Of a DNA stretch of 32,000 nt, positions 21,316 to 28,788 are shown piece after piece. This stretch comes from Sinorhizobium meliloti (GTDB lineage: Bacteria > Pseudomonadota > Alphaproteobacteria > Rhizobiales > Rhizobiaceae), in the NCBI RefSeq assembly GCF_017876815.1, contig NZ_JAGIOS010000001.1:1890001-1922000 (forward strand). Direction: 5' to 3'. A program made the translations under genes and the position numbers. The notes below the pieces were generated by a model. The model was given only the letters and a program-made list of their open reading frames with translations, ran no database searches and was not told where the DNA came from. Position 1 is the first letter of the stretch. Each line of letters starts with the position of its first letter.

Positions 21316-21425
21316 ATGAGGAAAAGTGTGCGCGGTTTTCCGCCCGCATCCCGCGTCTCAACTTCTAGGAATCGATCACGTTCATGTTTTTAGGCCGACC
21401 CGACCTGAAAACATCGTGATCTAGG
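21309..21425 (+). repeat. Modular intergenic repeat, copy C (full length, hairpin module partly decayed)
   Basis: 'gagcgggatgaggaaaagtgtgcgcggttttccgcccgcatcccgcgtc' + 'tcaacttctaggaatc' + 'gatcacgttcatgtttttaggccgacccgacctgaaaacatcgtgatc' + 'tagg'. It is the reverse complement of copy A. Confidence 0.85.
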
Positions 21426-21450
21426 GGCCTTGCTCGTGGGGCCGGAGGCC

Positions 21451-21819
21451 TCAGCCGCGGCGCGCCAGCGAGAACTGTGCGCCGGAGTCAGTCGTACAGT
21501 TCAGCTGCGCCGGCGTTGCCAGCGCACAGTTGACCTTGGACTGGGTGTTGCGCACCAGCGACGTCATGTTGATTTCCACCAGCGTCGGGCTGACGTTTAC
21601 ATAGTTGCCGGAGGCGAGAAGCTGGTTCGTGTCGGTCGTGCGCGTCGAGAAGGTGCCGCCTGCGAAAGTGGAGACGATGCCGTTCGGATCGACCCAGGAA
21701 CCCTCGACACCCGTCGCCTGCGGCGCCGAAGACATTGGCCGGAGTTCCCGAGGCTGGGACTGACAGGATGCCAGCGCGGCGGCAGTTGCCAGGAGGGTGA
21801 GGATGGCGAATGGCTTCAT
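21451..21819 (-). CDS. omp10: Small outer-membrane lipoprotein, Omp10-like
   Basis: Lipobox 'AALASC' after '[12 protein letters not shown]'. The segments '[20 protein letters not shown]' and 'SKVNCAL..P.QLNCT' match my memory of Brucella Omp10 (not checked). SD 'gggaga' upstream of ATG 21819. 122 aa. Confidence 0.8.
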   Translation of the reverse strand: MKPFAILTLLATAAALASCQSQPRELRPMSSAPQATGVEGSWVDPNGIVSTFAGGTFSTRTTDTNQLLASGNYVNVSPTLVEINMTSLVRNTQSKVNCALATPAQLNCTTDSGAQFSLARRG

Positions 21820-21840
21820 CGGCGTTTCTCCCGCGTCACG

Positions 21841-21893
21841 AGTTGAGCGGGATGCGAACGCAAAACCGCTTCATGCTTTCCTGTCCCCGCTCT
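21841..21893 (-). repeat. Degenerate relic of the 'GCGGGATG...CATCCCGC' repeat module (copy D)
   Basis: 'agttgagcgggatgcgaacgcaaaaccgcttcatgctttcctgtccccgctct' aligns to 2836-2890 of copy A. By hand count, 38 of 53 positions match with one 3-nt gap, and most mismatches fall in the loop. The orientation is opposite to copy C. Confidence 0.45.
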
Positions 21894-21900
21894 ACCGCAT

Positions 21901-21934
21901 AATTGCGCGGATCGGAACCGATCCGGGTGCAATT
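21901..21934. promoter_or_regulatory. Nested palindrome upstream of omp10
   Basis: 'cggatcgg-aa-ccgatccg' (21908-21925, 8-bp perfect arms), flanked by 'aattgc' (21901-21906) and 'gcaatt' (21929-21934). Confidence 0.35.
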
Positions 21935-22067
21935 GTGCGGCGTTTCAAAGCACCGCAGCGACCGTTGTGCGTCTTTTGAGACACGCGGGTGCTGCAGTGC
22001 GCGAAACATGCCGCGATCATGAGTTGAAAGCAAGAGCGGGCATGCGCGCGGCGCGCTCGACATTCGC

Positions 22068-22102
22068 AAAAGAAAAGGCCCGGAGCAGGACTGCTCCGGG
22101 CC
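22068..22102 (-). terminator. Rho-independent terminator of hss
   Basis: On the minus strand: 'ggcccggagcag-tc-ctgctccgggcc' followed by 'ttttctttt'. It begins 27 nt after the stop codon at 22130-22132. Confidence 0.88.
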
Positions 22103-22129
22103 GACAGGTCGTGCTTCGTCGCGTGAACC

Positions 22130-23581
22130 TCAGCGGACGAGAATGTTCCTGAACTGCCAGGGGTCCTTCGTGTCGATGTCTTCCGGGAAAAGGCCCGGGC
22201 GCCCATCGAGCGGTGTCCAGTCGGTGTAGTGCCCCTCGACGGGGCCGAGATAAGGCATCTGCACTTCCAGGCAGCGCTTGTAGTCCATCTCGTCGGCTTC
22301 GACGATGCCGGCCTTCGGGTTTTCAAGAGCCCAGACCATGCCGGCAAGAACGGCGCTCGTGACCTGCAGGCCGGTGGCGTTCTGGTAGGGCGCGATGCGG
22401 CGGGTTTCTTCCAGCGAGAGACGCGAGCCGTACCAGTAGGCATTCTTGGCATGGCCGTAGAGCAGCACGCCGAGCTCGTCGACCCCGTCTACGAGCTCAT
22501 GCTCGTCCAGGACGTGCAGTTCCGGCTGCGCCTTGCCGCCGTTGCCGAACATCTCGTGCAGCGAGAGAACGGCATCGTTGGCCGGATGATAGGCGTAGTG
22601 GCAGGTCGGGCGGTAGGAGACCTCGCCGTCCTTGTCGCGGACGGTGAAGAAGTCGGCGATCGAGATCGATTCGTTGTGAGTGACGAGGAAGCCGTATTGC
22701 GGGCCGGGCGTCGGGCACCAGCTGCGCACGCGGGTGTTGGCACCGGGCTGCTCCAGGTAGATCGCCGCCTTGCAGCCCTTCTTGTGCTTCTTGGCGTTCT
22801 TCGGCATCCAGTTCTCGTGGGTGCCCCAGCCGAGTTCGGCCGGCTGCAACCCTTCGGAAATGAAGCCTTCGACCGACCAGGTGTTCCAGAATACATTGAG
22901 CGGCTTCGGGTGCTTCGCGCGCTGGGTATCGCGCTCGGCGATGTGGACGCCCTTGACGCCCGCTTTCTTCATCAGCTTCGCCCAGCCTTCACGGTCGTCC
23001 TGGTGCGGTTCCTCGTATTTCAGTCCGAGATCGTCGGCGAGGTTGAGGAGGGCCTTCTTGACGAACCAGGAAACCATGCCGGGATTGGCGCCGCAGGTCG
23101 AAACGGCGGTCGTGCCGCCCGGGTTCTTTTCCTTTTCGCGGCGAACGGTTTCGCGCAGCGCGTAGTTCGTGCGCGCGGCATTGTCCATTTCCGCGTCGAA
23201 GTAGAAGCCGAGCCAGGGCTCGATGACCGTGTCGACGTAGAGCACGTCGAGCTTGCGGCAGAGTTTGATGATGTCGAGCGAAGAGGTGTCGACCGAGAGA
23301 TTGACGCAGAAGCCCTGGCCGCCGCCTTCGGTCAAAAGCGGCTTCAGCAGTTCCTTGTAGTTGTCCCTGGTGACGGCCGCGCGCACGTGACGCACGCCGT
23401 GGCGCACGAAGATCTCCGTGTCCTTGGCATCCTCACGGGGCTCCACCACGATCAACCGGTTCTTGTCGTATTTGAAGTGGCGCTCGATCAGCGGCAGGGT
23501 GCCGTGACCGATCGAACCGAAGCCGATCATCACGATCGGGCCGGTGATCTCACCGTAAACCGGGTAGGTGGTGTCTGCCAT
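22130..23581 (-). CDS. hss: Homospermidine synthase
   Basis: 'GPIVMIGFGSIGHGTLPLIERHF', 'GFCVNLSVDTSSLDI', 'GANPGMVSWFVK' closely match my memory of bacterial HSS (Blastochloris viridis type). ATG 23581 with SD 'aggaga'. 483 aa. Confidence 0.93.
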   Translation of the reverse strand: MADTTYPVYGEITGPIVMIGFGSIGHGTLPLIERHFKYDKNRLIVVEPREDAKDTEIFVRHGVRHVRAAVTRDNYKELLKPLLTEGGGQGFCVNLSVDTSSLDIIKLCRKLDVLYVDTVIEPWLGFYFDAEMDNAARTNYALRETVRREKEKNPGGTTAVSTCGANPGMVSWFVKKALLNLADDLGLKYEEPHQDDREGWAKLMKKAGVKGVHIAERDTQRAKHPKPLNVFWNTWSVEGFISEGLQPAELGWGTHENWMPKNAKKHKKGCKAAIYLEQPGANTRVRSWCPTPGPQYGFLVTHNESISIADFFTVRDKDGEVSYRPTCHYAYHPANDAVLSLHEMFGNGGKAQPELHVLDEHELVDGVDELGVLLYGHAKNAYWYGSRLSLEETRRIAPYQNATGLQVTSAVLAGMVWALENPKAGIVEADEMDYKRCLEVQMPYLGPVEGHYTDWTPLDGRPGLFPEDIDTKDPWQFRNILVR

Positions 23582-23956
23582 TTTTGTCTTTCTCCTGAGA
23601 AAACGTCCCTGTGCGATGCTTGCATGCGCGCAAAGCGAGCCTCGAATTCCTGGCGGGGCCTGCATGGTCGGGCAGATTCACGCAGGCAACAAGAAGCGCT
23701 GCAGCGGCTTTGCACGTCTGGATAGATGCGCGGCGCTGTAGAGCACAGTTTCCTGTCACAATAAAGAGCCGGCCCGTCAACCCGGCACTTGAGACTTTGC
23801 TTAACCGGCTGTCTTCGACAGGGTCGCGATGACGGACCGATATGGTCATGATTTCAGGTCGATTCGATCAGAAAAGCACGATCCGGGCAGTTTGCCACAA
23901 GCACCTCGTGCTATAGTTTCGCGTGCTGATTGATATTTTCCTGGAGCAGCCCGACC

Positions 23957-24907
23957 GTGACTGGTGATCACCTCAAGGCCCTGATGGGCCTGCAAGCCGC
24001 AACACCGGTGTTGATCGCGCTCTATGATCCGCATGATCGACTGCGCTACGCCAATGAAGCCTTTCGGTCCGCCTATCACGTCGGGGAAGACGAGGCGCCG
24101 ACCTGGGCGGAGATCATGCGTCGCAACCATGCCGCGGGCAGGGGCACCGTCCTCAAGACCGACGACCTCGAGGCCTGGATCGCCGCTACGGTCCACAGGC
24201 GCGGCAAGGTGCCGTTCCGCACCGTCGAGACCGATCTCCACGACGGCCGCTGGCTTTGGATGACGGAGACCGTGGACCAGAAAGGCTGGATGCTCTGCAT
24301 CGCCGTTGACATTACGGACGTACGCGCAGGGGAGCGCAAGCTTCGCCAGGACCGCGATTTCGCCCTGCGTGCCTCGCAGGTGGACGAACTCACCAGCGTG
24401 CCCAACCGGCGTTATACGATGGAGAGACTCAATGAGTTCATCCGCAACTGCGCCGAGAACCCGCACATGTGGGGATGCGTGGCGATCATCGACATCGACT
24501 ATTTCAAGGCGATCAACGATCGCTACGGCCATCACCGGGGCGACGAAGTGCTGCTCGACTTCGCCCGCCAGATGCAGGAGTTCGTCCGGCGCTCCGATTG
24601 CTTCGGTCGTATCGGGGGCGAGGAATTCATGCTGATCCTGCCGGACACCACCGTGGGCGAAGCGAATCTCATCCTCGACAGGCTGCTGGACAAGATCCGC
24701 AACGCCAGGCCGCTCTCGAACATACCGGAGTTCTTCTACACCTGTTCGGTGGGGCTTGCTGAGTATCGCGAGGGCGACAGCGTCGGCGACATCTATTCAC
24801 GCGCGGACGAGGCGCTTTACATCGCCAAGCGTGAAGGGCGCGATCGCGTCAAGCGTCATACGCTGCCCGGATCAGACCGTGAGTTCAGCCCGGATCAGAC
24901 CCCTTAG
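23957..24907 (+). CDS. PAS-like sensor / GGDEF diguanylate cyclase with an RxxD I-site
   Basis: N-terminal PAS-like 'LIALYDPHDRLRYANEAF...GWMLCIAVDITD'. GGDEF domain 'DELTSVPNRR', 'DIDYFKAINDRYGHHRGD', active site 'GGEEF', with 'RRSD' five residues upstream. The start is uncertain: GTG 23957 (SD 'ggag' 10 nt upstream) is preferred. Alternatives are TTG 23930 (track) and ATG 23984. Confidence 0.88.
   Translation: MTGDHLKALMGLQAATPVLIALYDPHDRLRYANEAFRSAYHVGEDEAPTWAEIMRRNHAAGRGTVLKTDDLEAWIAATVHRRGKVPFRTVETDLHDGRWLWMTETVDQKGWMLCIAVDITDVRAGERKLRQDRDFALRASQVDELTSVPNRRYTMERLNEFIRNCAENPHMWGCVAIIDIDYFKAINDRYGHHRGDEVLLDFARQMQEFVRRSDCFGRIGGEEFMLILPDTTVGEANLILDRLLDKIRNARPLSNIPEFFYTCSVGLAEYREGDSVGDIYSRADEALYIAKREGRDRVKRHTLPGSDREFSPDQTP
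24865..24901. repeat. 14-bp perfect direct repeat (period 23 bp) inside the convergent gene overlap
   Basis: 'gcccggatcagacc' at 24865-24878 and again at 24888-24901. Confidence 0.8.
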
Positions 24908-25498
24908 GGAATTGCCGATGTAAAGACGGCCGCTTGCGAGGTCGGCGGGAGCCAACCGCTCGACCCGTGCCCGCCGCTGGCAGATGAGCTCCGTGCGCAG
25001 AACACCGGCGAGAAGGCCGCAGGCGATCGGCGGCGTCTTCAAATAACCGCTGCCGTCATCGAGAAAGACCGAAGTTATCGTGCCCTCGCAGACTTCCCCC
25101 TTTTCGTTGAGCAGGATCACCTCGTCGGCCTCCGCCGCGGAAAATTCGCTGCGTGCCGCCTCGTAGCGGCTCCGACGCGTGGTCTTCATCCGGAGCAGCC
25201 GGTCGTGAGAGTCGAGCCGCGTCGAGGCGATCCGCACCCGCCACGCCGCGCCTTCGGCAAGCGGCACGAATGGTGCCGTCGTCACGTCGATGCTGCCGTC
25301 GCGGTCGAGCGTGAGGCGCACGCGCAGCGGCGCCCGCGCGCCCGAAACGGCTCGCCCCAGCGCCGACTCGGCTGCGGCCGCACCCGTAAAGCCGAGACGC
25401 CTGGCGGAGCGCGTCAGCCGCGCCAGATGCAGCCGCAGCCTCGTGAAGCCATGCTCCGGTTCGTAGCGCAGCGTCTCGATCAGGGAAAAACCAGTCAT
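24872..25498 (-). CDS. pabC: Short class-IV aminotransferase-fold protein, probable aminodeoxychorismate lyase
   Basis: 208 aa from ATG 25498. 'LRMKTTRRSRY' (candidate PLP-Lys) and 'EGTITSVF' resemble class-IV motifs. The start codon overlaps the pabB stop as ATGA (25495-25498). The track ORF's upstream 66 codons lie inside pabB. Confidence 0.75.
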   Translation of the reverse strand: MTGFSLIETLRYEPEHGFTRLRLHLARLTRSARRLGFTGAAAAESALGRAVSGARAPLRVRLTLDRDGSIDVTTAPFVPLAEGAAWRVRIASTRLDSHDRLLRMKTTRRSRYEAARSEFSAAEADEVILLNEKGEVCEGTITSVFLDDGSGYLKTPPIACGLLAGVLRTELICQRRARVERLAPADLASGRLYIGNSLRGLIRAELTV

Positions 25499-26652
25499 CG
25501 GGCGATCTCGGCATCGCCGACGGCAAAGCGGGCCTTCAACAGGCATTCCTCGTACTCTGCCTCGGCCTTGGAATCGAAGACGATGCCGCCGCCGACATTG
25601 AACACAGCCCGGCCCCCGGCAAAGAGGGATATGGTGCGGATCGCGACATTGAAGCGCATCGTGCGGTTCGGGGCGATGTAGCCGATCGCGCCGCAATAGG
25701 CGTCACGCTGCCCGGACTCCAGATCGTGCAGTATTTCCATCGCCCGCATCTTCGGCGCGCCGGTAACGGAGCCGCAGGGAAAGAGCGCAGCGAATATGTC
25801 GGCGATGCCGATATCGGGCAGAAGCTTCGCCCTGACGTGGCTGACCATCTGGTGGACCGTCGGATAGGTCTCGATGTCGAAGAGCTTCGGCACGTCGAGT
25901 GTGCCGACTTCGGTGACGCGGGAGATGTCGTTGCGCAGAAGGTCGACGATCATGCGGTTTTCGGCTTGCGTCTTCTCGTCGGCGCGCATCGCCGCGATGA
26001 TCGCGTCATCCTCATCAGGGCTCGAGCCGCGCCGCGCCGTGCCCTTCATCGGATGCGTCTCTATCCAGCCGTCGGCGTCGACGCGGAAGAAAAGCTCGGG
26101 CGAGCGCGACAGCAGGACCGGACCGTCGAGGGCGACGAGTGCGCCGTATTTGACCGGCTGACGCTCGATCAGCGACCAGAAGGCGGCGAGCGGATCGCCG
26201 GACCAGCGCGCGTGGATCGGCATGGTCAGGTTCGCCTGGTAGCAATCGCCCTGGCGCAGGTGCCGGTGCAGCTTTTCGAAGCGCTGGCGATAAGCAGGAA
26301 AATCCCAGCCGGCGCGAGGCTCCAGGAGGAAGGGTTCGTTTTCGGTGCGCCGCTGCGGCACCGCAAGCGGATGGTCCTCCGCCGGCGCGTCGAAGACGCC
26401 GAAGGACATCAGCGGTGTTTCCCGGTTCTCCGGCGCGAAGGAGGCCAGTTTCTTCTCGAAAAGATGGCCCGCTTCGTAGGCCATGAAGCCCGCGATCCAT
26501 TTGCCGGCACGATGGGCCGCGTCGATTTCGCCAAGACCGCGGTGGAACTCAGCCCTCGTCCGTGCCGTGATGACGCGTAAAGGCTCGGCGAAAACCGTCG
26601 TGCGGTTCTCGCTGTCGTCCCGGAAGAGGACATAGGGCGCGTGTTCGATCAT
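25495..26652 (-). CDS. pabB: Aminodeoxychorismate synthase component I (chorismate-binding enzyme)
   Basis: 'CGSVTGAPKMRAMEILHDLESGQRDAYCGAIGYI' and 'GGGIVFDSKAEAEYEE' are chorismate-utilising-enzyme signatures. 385 aa. Confidence 0.88.
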   Translation of the reverse strand: MIEHAPYVLFRDDSENRTTVFAEPLRVITARTRAEFHRGLGEIDAAHRAGKWIAGFMAYEAGHLFEKKLASFAPENRETPLMSFGVFDAPAEDHPLAVPQRRTENEPFLLEPRAGWDFPAYRQRFEKLHRHLRQGDCYQANLTMPIHARWSGDPLAAFWSLIERQPVKYGALVALDGPVLLSRSPELFFRVDADGWIETHPMKGTARRGSSPDEDDAIIAAMRADEKTQAENRMIVDLLRNDISRVTEVGTLDVPKLFDIETYPTVHQMVSHVRAKLLPDIGIADIFAALFPCGSVTGAPKMRAMEILHDLESGQRDAYCGAIGYIAPNRTMRFNVAIRTISLFAGGRAVFNVGGGIVFDSKAEAEYEECLLKARFAVGDAEIAR

Positions 26653-26705
26653 CGAGGTCGGTCGCTGTCAATTCGGTCCGACGGGGCCACCAAGGCCCGA
26701 GCGGG

Positions 26706-28589
26706 TCACGCCTTATCAAGCGCCTCCAGTTCGTCGATGAGCCCTTCAATCATCGACAGGCCCTGTGCCCAGAACGACGGATCGGTGGCGTCGAGCCCGA
26801 AGGGCGCCAGAAGTTCGGAATGATGCTTCGTGCCGCCCGCCTTCAGCATCTCGAAATACTTCTCCTGGAAGCCGCGCTCGGCGTTCTGATAGACGGCATA
26901 GAGGGAGTTCACCAGGCAATCGCCGAAGGCATAGGCATAGACGTAGAAGGGCGAATGGATGAAGTGGGGGATATAGGCCCAGTAGGTCTCGTAGCTCTCA
27001 GAAAGCCGGATCGCCGGGCCGAGGCTTTCGCTCTGCACCGACAGCCATATCCGCCCCAGGTCCTCGGCCGTCAGTTCGCCTTCCTTGCGAGCCGTATGCA
27101 CCTTGCGCTCGAAATCGTAGAAGGCGATCTGCCGGACGACCGTGTTGATCATGTCCTCGACCTTCTGCGCAAGCATCGCCTTGCGCTCGCGCTTGTCCTT
27201 CGTCCGGTCGAGGAGCGCGCGGAAGGTGAGCATCTCGCCGAACACGGATGCGGTTTCCGCAAGCGTCAGCGGCGTCGAGGCCATCAGCGCGCCCTGCGCG
27301 CCGGCGAGGACCTGATGGACGCCGTGCCCGAGCTCGTGGGCGAGCGTCATCACGTCGCGCGGCTTGCCCATGTAGTTGACCAGAACATAGGGGTGCACGG
27401 AAGGGACGGTCGGATGCGCGAAAGCGCCCGGCGCCTTGCCGGGTCGCACCGGCGCGTCGATCCAGCCATCGTCGAAGAAGCGCCGCGCGATCGCCGCCAT
27501 TTCCGGGGCGAAGGCGTGATAGGCGGAAAGGACCGTGTCCCTGGCTTCGTTCCAGGGAATAAGCGCGTTCGGCGTTTCCGGCAGAGGCGCGTTCCGGTCC
27601 CAGAAATCCATCTGCTCCATGCCGAGCCACTTGGCCTTCATCGCATAGTAGCGGTGCGAGAGCCGGGGGTAGGCGGCCTTTACCGATGCGGCCAGAGCAT
27701 CCACGACCTCACGCTCCACCCGGTTGGCGAGATGGCGGCTGTCGGCGATATCCTCGAAACCGCGCCAGCGGTCGGAGATTTCCTTGTCCTTTGCAAGCGT
27801 ATTGGTGACGAGGGTAAAGGTGCGGATATTCGCCTTGAAGGTCTCCGCAAGCGCGAGCGCGGCCTTCTTGCGCACCTCGACCGAAGGGTCCTGCAGAAGG
27901 TTGAGCGTCACTTCCAGCGGCTGCTCCTTGCCGTCCACCGAAAAGGTCAGCGATGCGATCGTCTCGTCGAAGAGCCGGTTGAAGGCGTTTGCGCCGGTCA
28001 TCGACTTTTCGAGGAAAAGCTGCTCCAGCCTGTCGTCGAGCTGATAGGGCTTGTCCTTGCGCAGGTCCAGAATCCAGGGCCGATAGTGGGCGGCAAGGCT
28101 GTCGGTCGTGAGGGCGTCGTCGATCACCTTGTCGTCGATGCGGTTGAGTTCCAGCGAGAAGAACAGGAGATGCGCCGATATGTCGGTAAGCTTCGACTGG
28201 ACGTCGCCGTAGAGCTTTCCGTTCGCCGGATTGGACGTATCGGAAAAATAGGTAAGTCCGGCAAAGGAGGCGATGCGGCCCATGAGGTCGTCCAGCGCCT
28301 CGAATTCCTTCACGGCCGCGCCGATGCCCTGATCACCGGTTCGGCCGGCAGCCTCCTTCAGCTTGCCCTTCCACTTCGCTTCGAAGGCGATCGCGTCGGC
28401 TTCCGCCTTCGCGAGGTCCGAGCGGAATTCCTCGGAAGAGGGTGAGAGGTAGAGGTCCGTGAGCCGCCAGGACGGCAGCTCGCCGAGCTCGGTCGGCGCC
28501 GCGGTAGCCTGATCGGCCCCGGAGTTGACCAGCGTGGCGCGCAGGAGGGATTGCCCGGAGGCGGCGAGACGTGGCGAGGCAAAATTCAT
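26706..28589 (-). CDS. pepF: Oligoendopeptidase F family (M3B) metallopeptidase
   Basis: Zinc motif 'HELGHGVH', overall M3B length (627 aa), and 'ETASVFGEML'. Confidence 0.9.
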   Translation of the reverse strand: MNFASPRLAASGQSLLRATLVNSGADQATAAPTELGELPSWRLTDLYLSPSSEEFRSDLAKAEADAIAFEAKWKGKLKEAAGRTGDQGIGAAVKEFEALDDLMGRIASFAGLTYFSDTSNPANGKLYGDVQSKLTDISAHLLFFSLELNRIDDKVIDDALTTDSLAAHYRPWILDLRKDKPYQLDDRLEQLFLEKSMTGANAFNRLFDETIASLTFSVDGKEQPLEVTLNLLQDPSVEVRKKAALALAETFKANIRTFTLVTNTLAKDKEISDRWRGFEDIADSRHLANRVEREVVDALAASVKAAYPRLSHRYYAMKAKWLGMEQMDFWDRNAPLPETPNALIPWNEARDTVLSAYHAFAPEMAAIARRFFDDGWIDAPVRPGKAPGAFAHPTVPSVHPYVLVNYMGKPRDVMTLAHELGHGVHQVLAGAQGALMASTPLTLAETASVFGEMLTFRALLDRTKDKRERKAMLAQKVEDMINTVVRQIAFYDFERKVHTARKEGELTAEDLGRIWLSVQSESLGPAIRLSESYETYWAYIPHFIHSPFYVYAYAFGDCLVNSLYAVYQNAERGFQEKYFEMLKAGGTKHHSELLAPFGLDATDPSFWAQGLSMIEGLIDELEALDKA

Positions 28590-28788
28590 CGTCGGTTCTC
28601 TCGTTTTGAACAGGCCTTAACCCTGAAGCGAGGCAACGGCATGGCGCCCATTGCTACCGCCCGCGATGGATAAAATGCAAGCATTTCTCAAAACAGGATG
28701 TTCAGCCGTTTGTGGGACGAATGGCCGGTATGATTTGGCACATGATGCTGGCCAAAAGTACCCCGCGTGTCCCAAGCAGGAGGCTTTC

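Noticed and set aside
28736-28751. 'TGGCACatgatGCTGG' upstream of the sigma-54 activator gene. It looks like a -24/-12 RpoN promoter.
   Set aside because: The GG and GC dinucleotides are separated by 8 nt, not the required 10, and the -12 element is not TTGC. The similar sites 'TGGCATagagcGCAT' (4269-4283) and 'TGGCATaattGCCatGC' (30431-30447) also have the wrong spacing.
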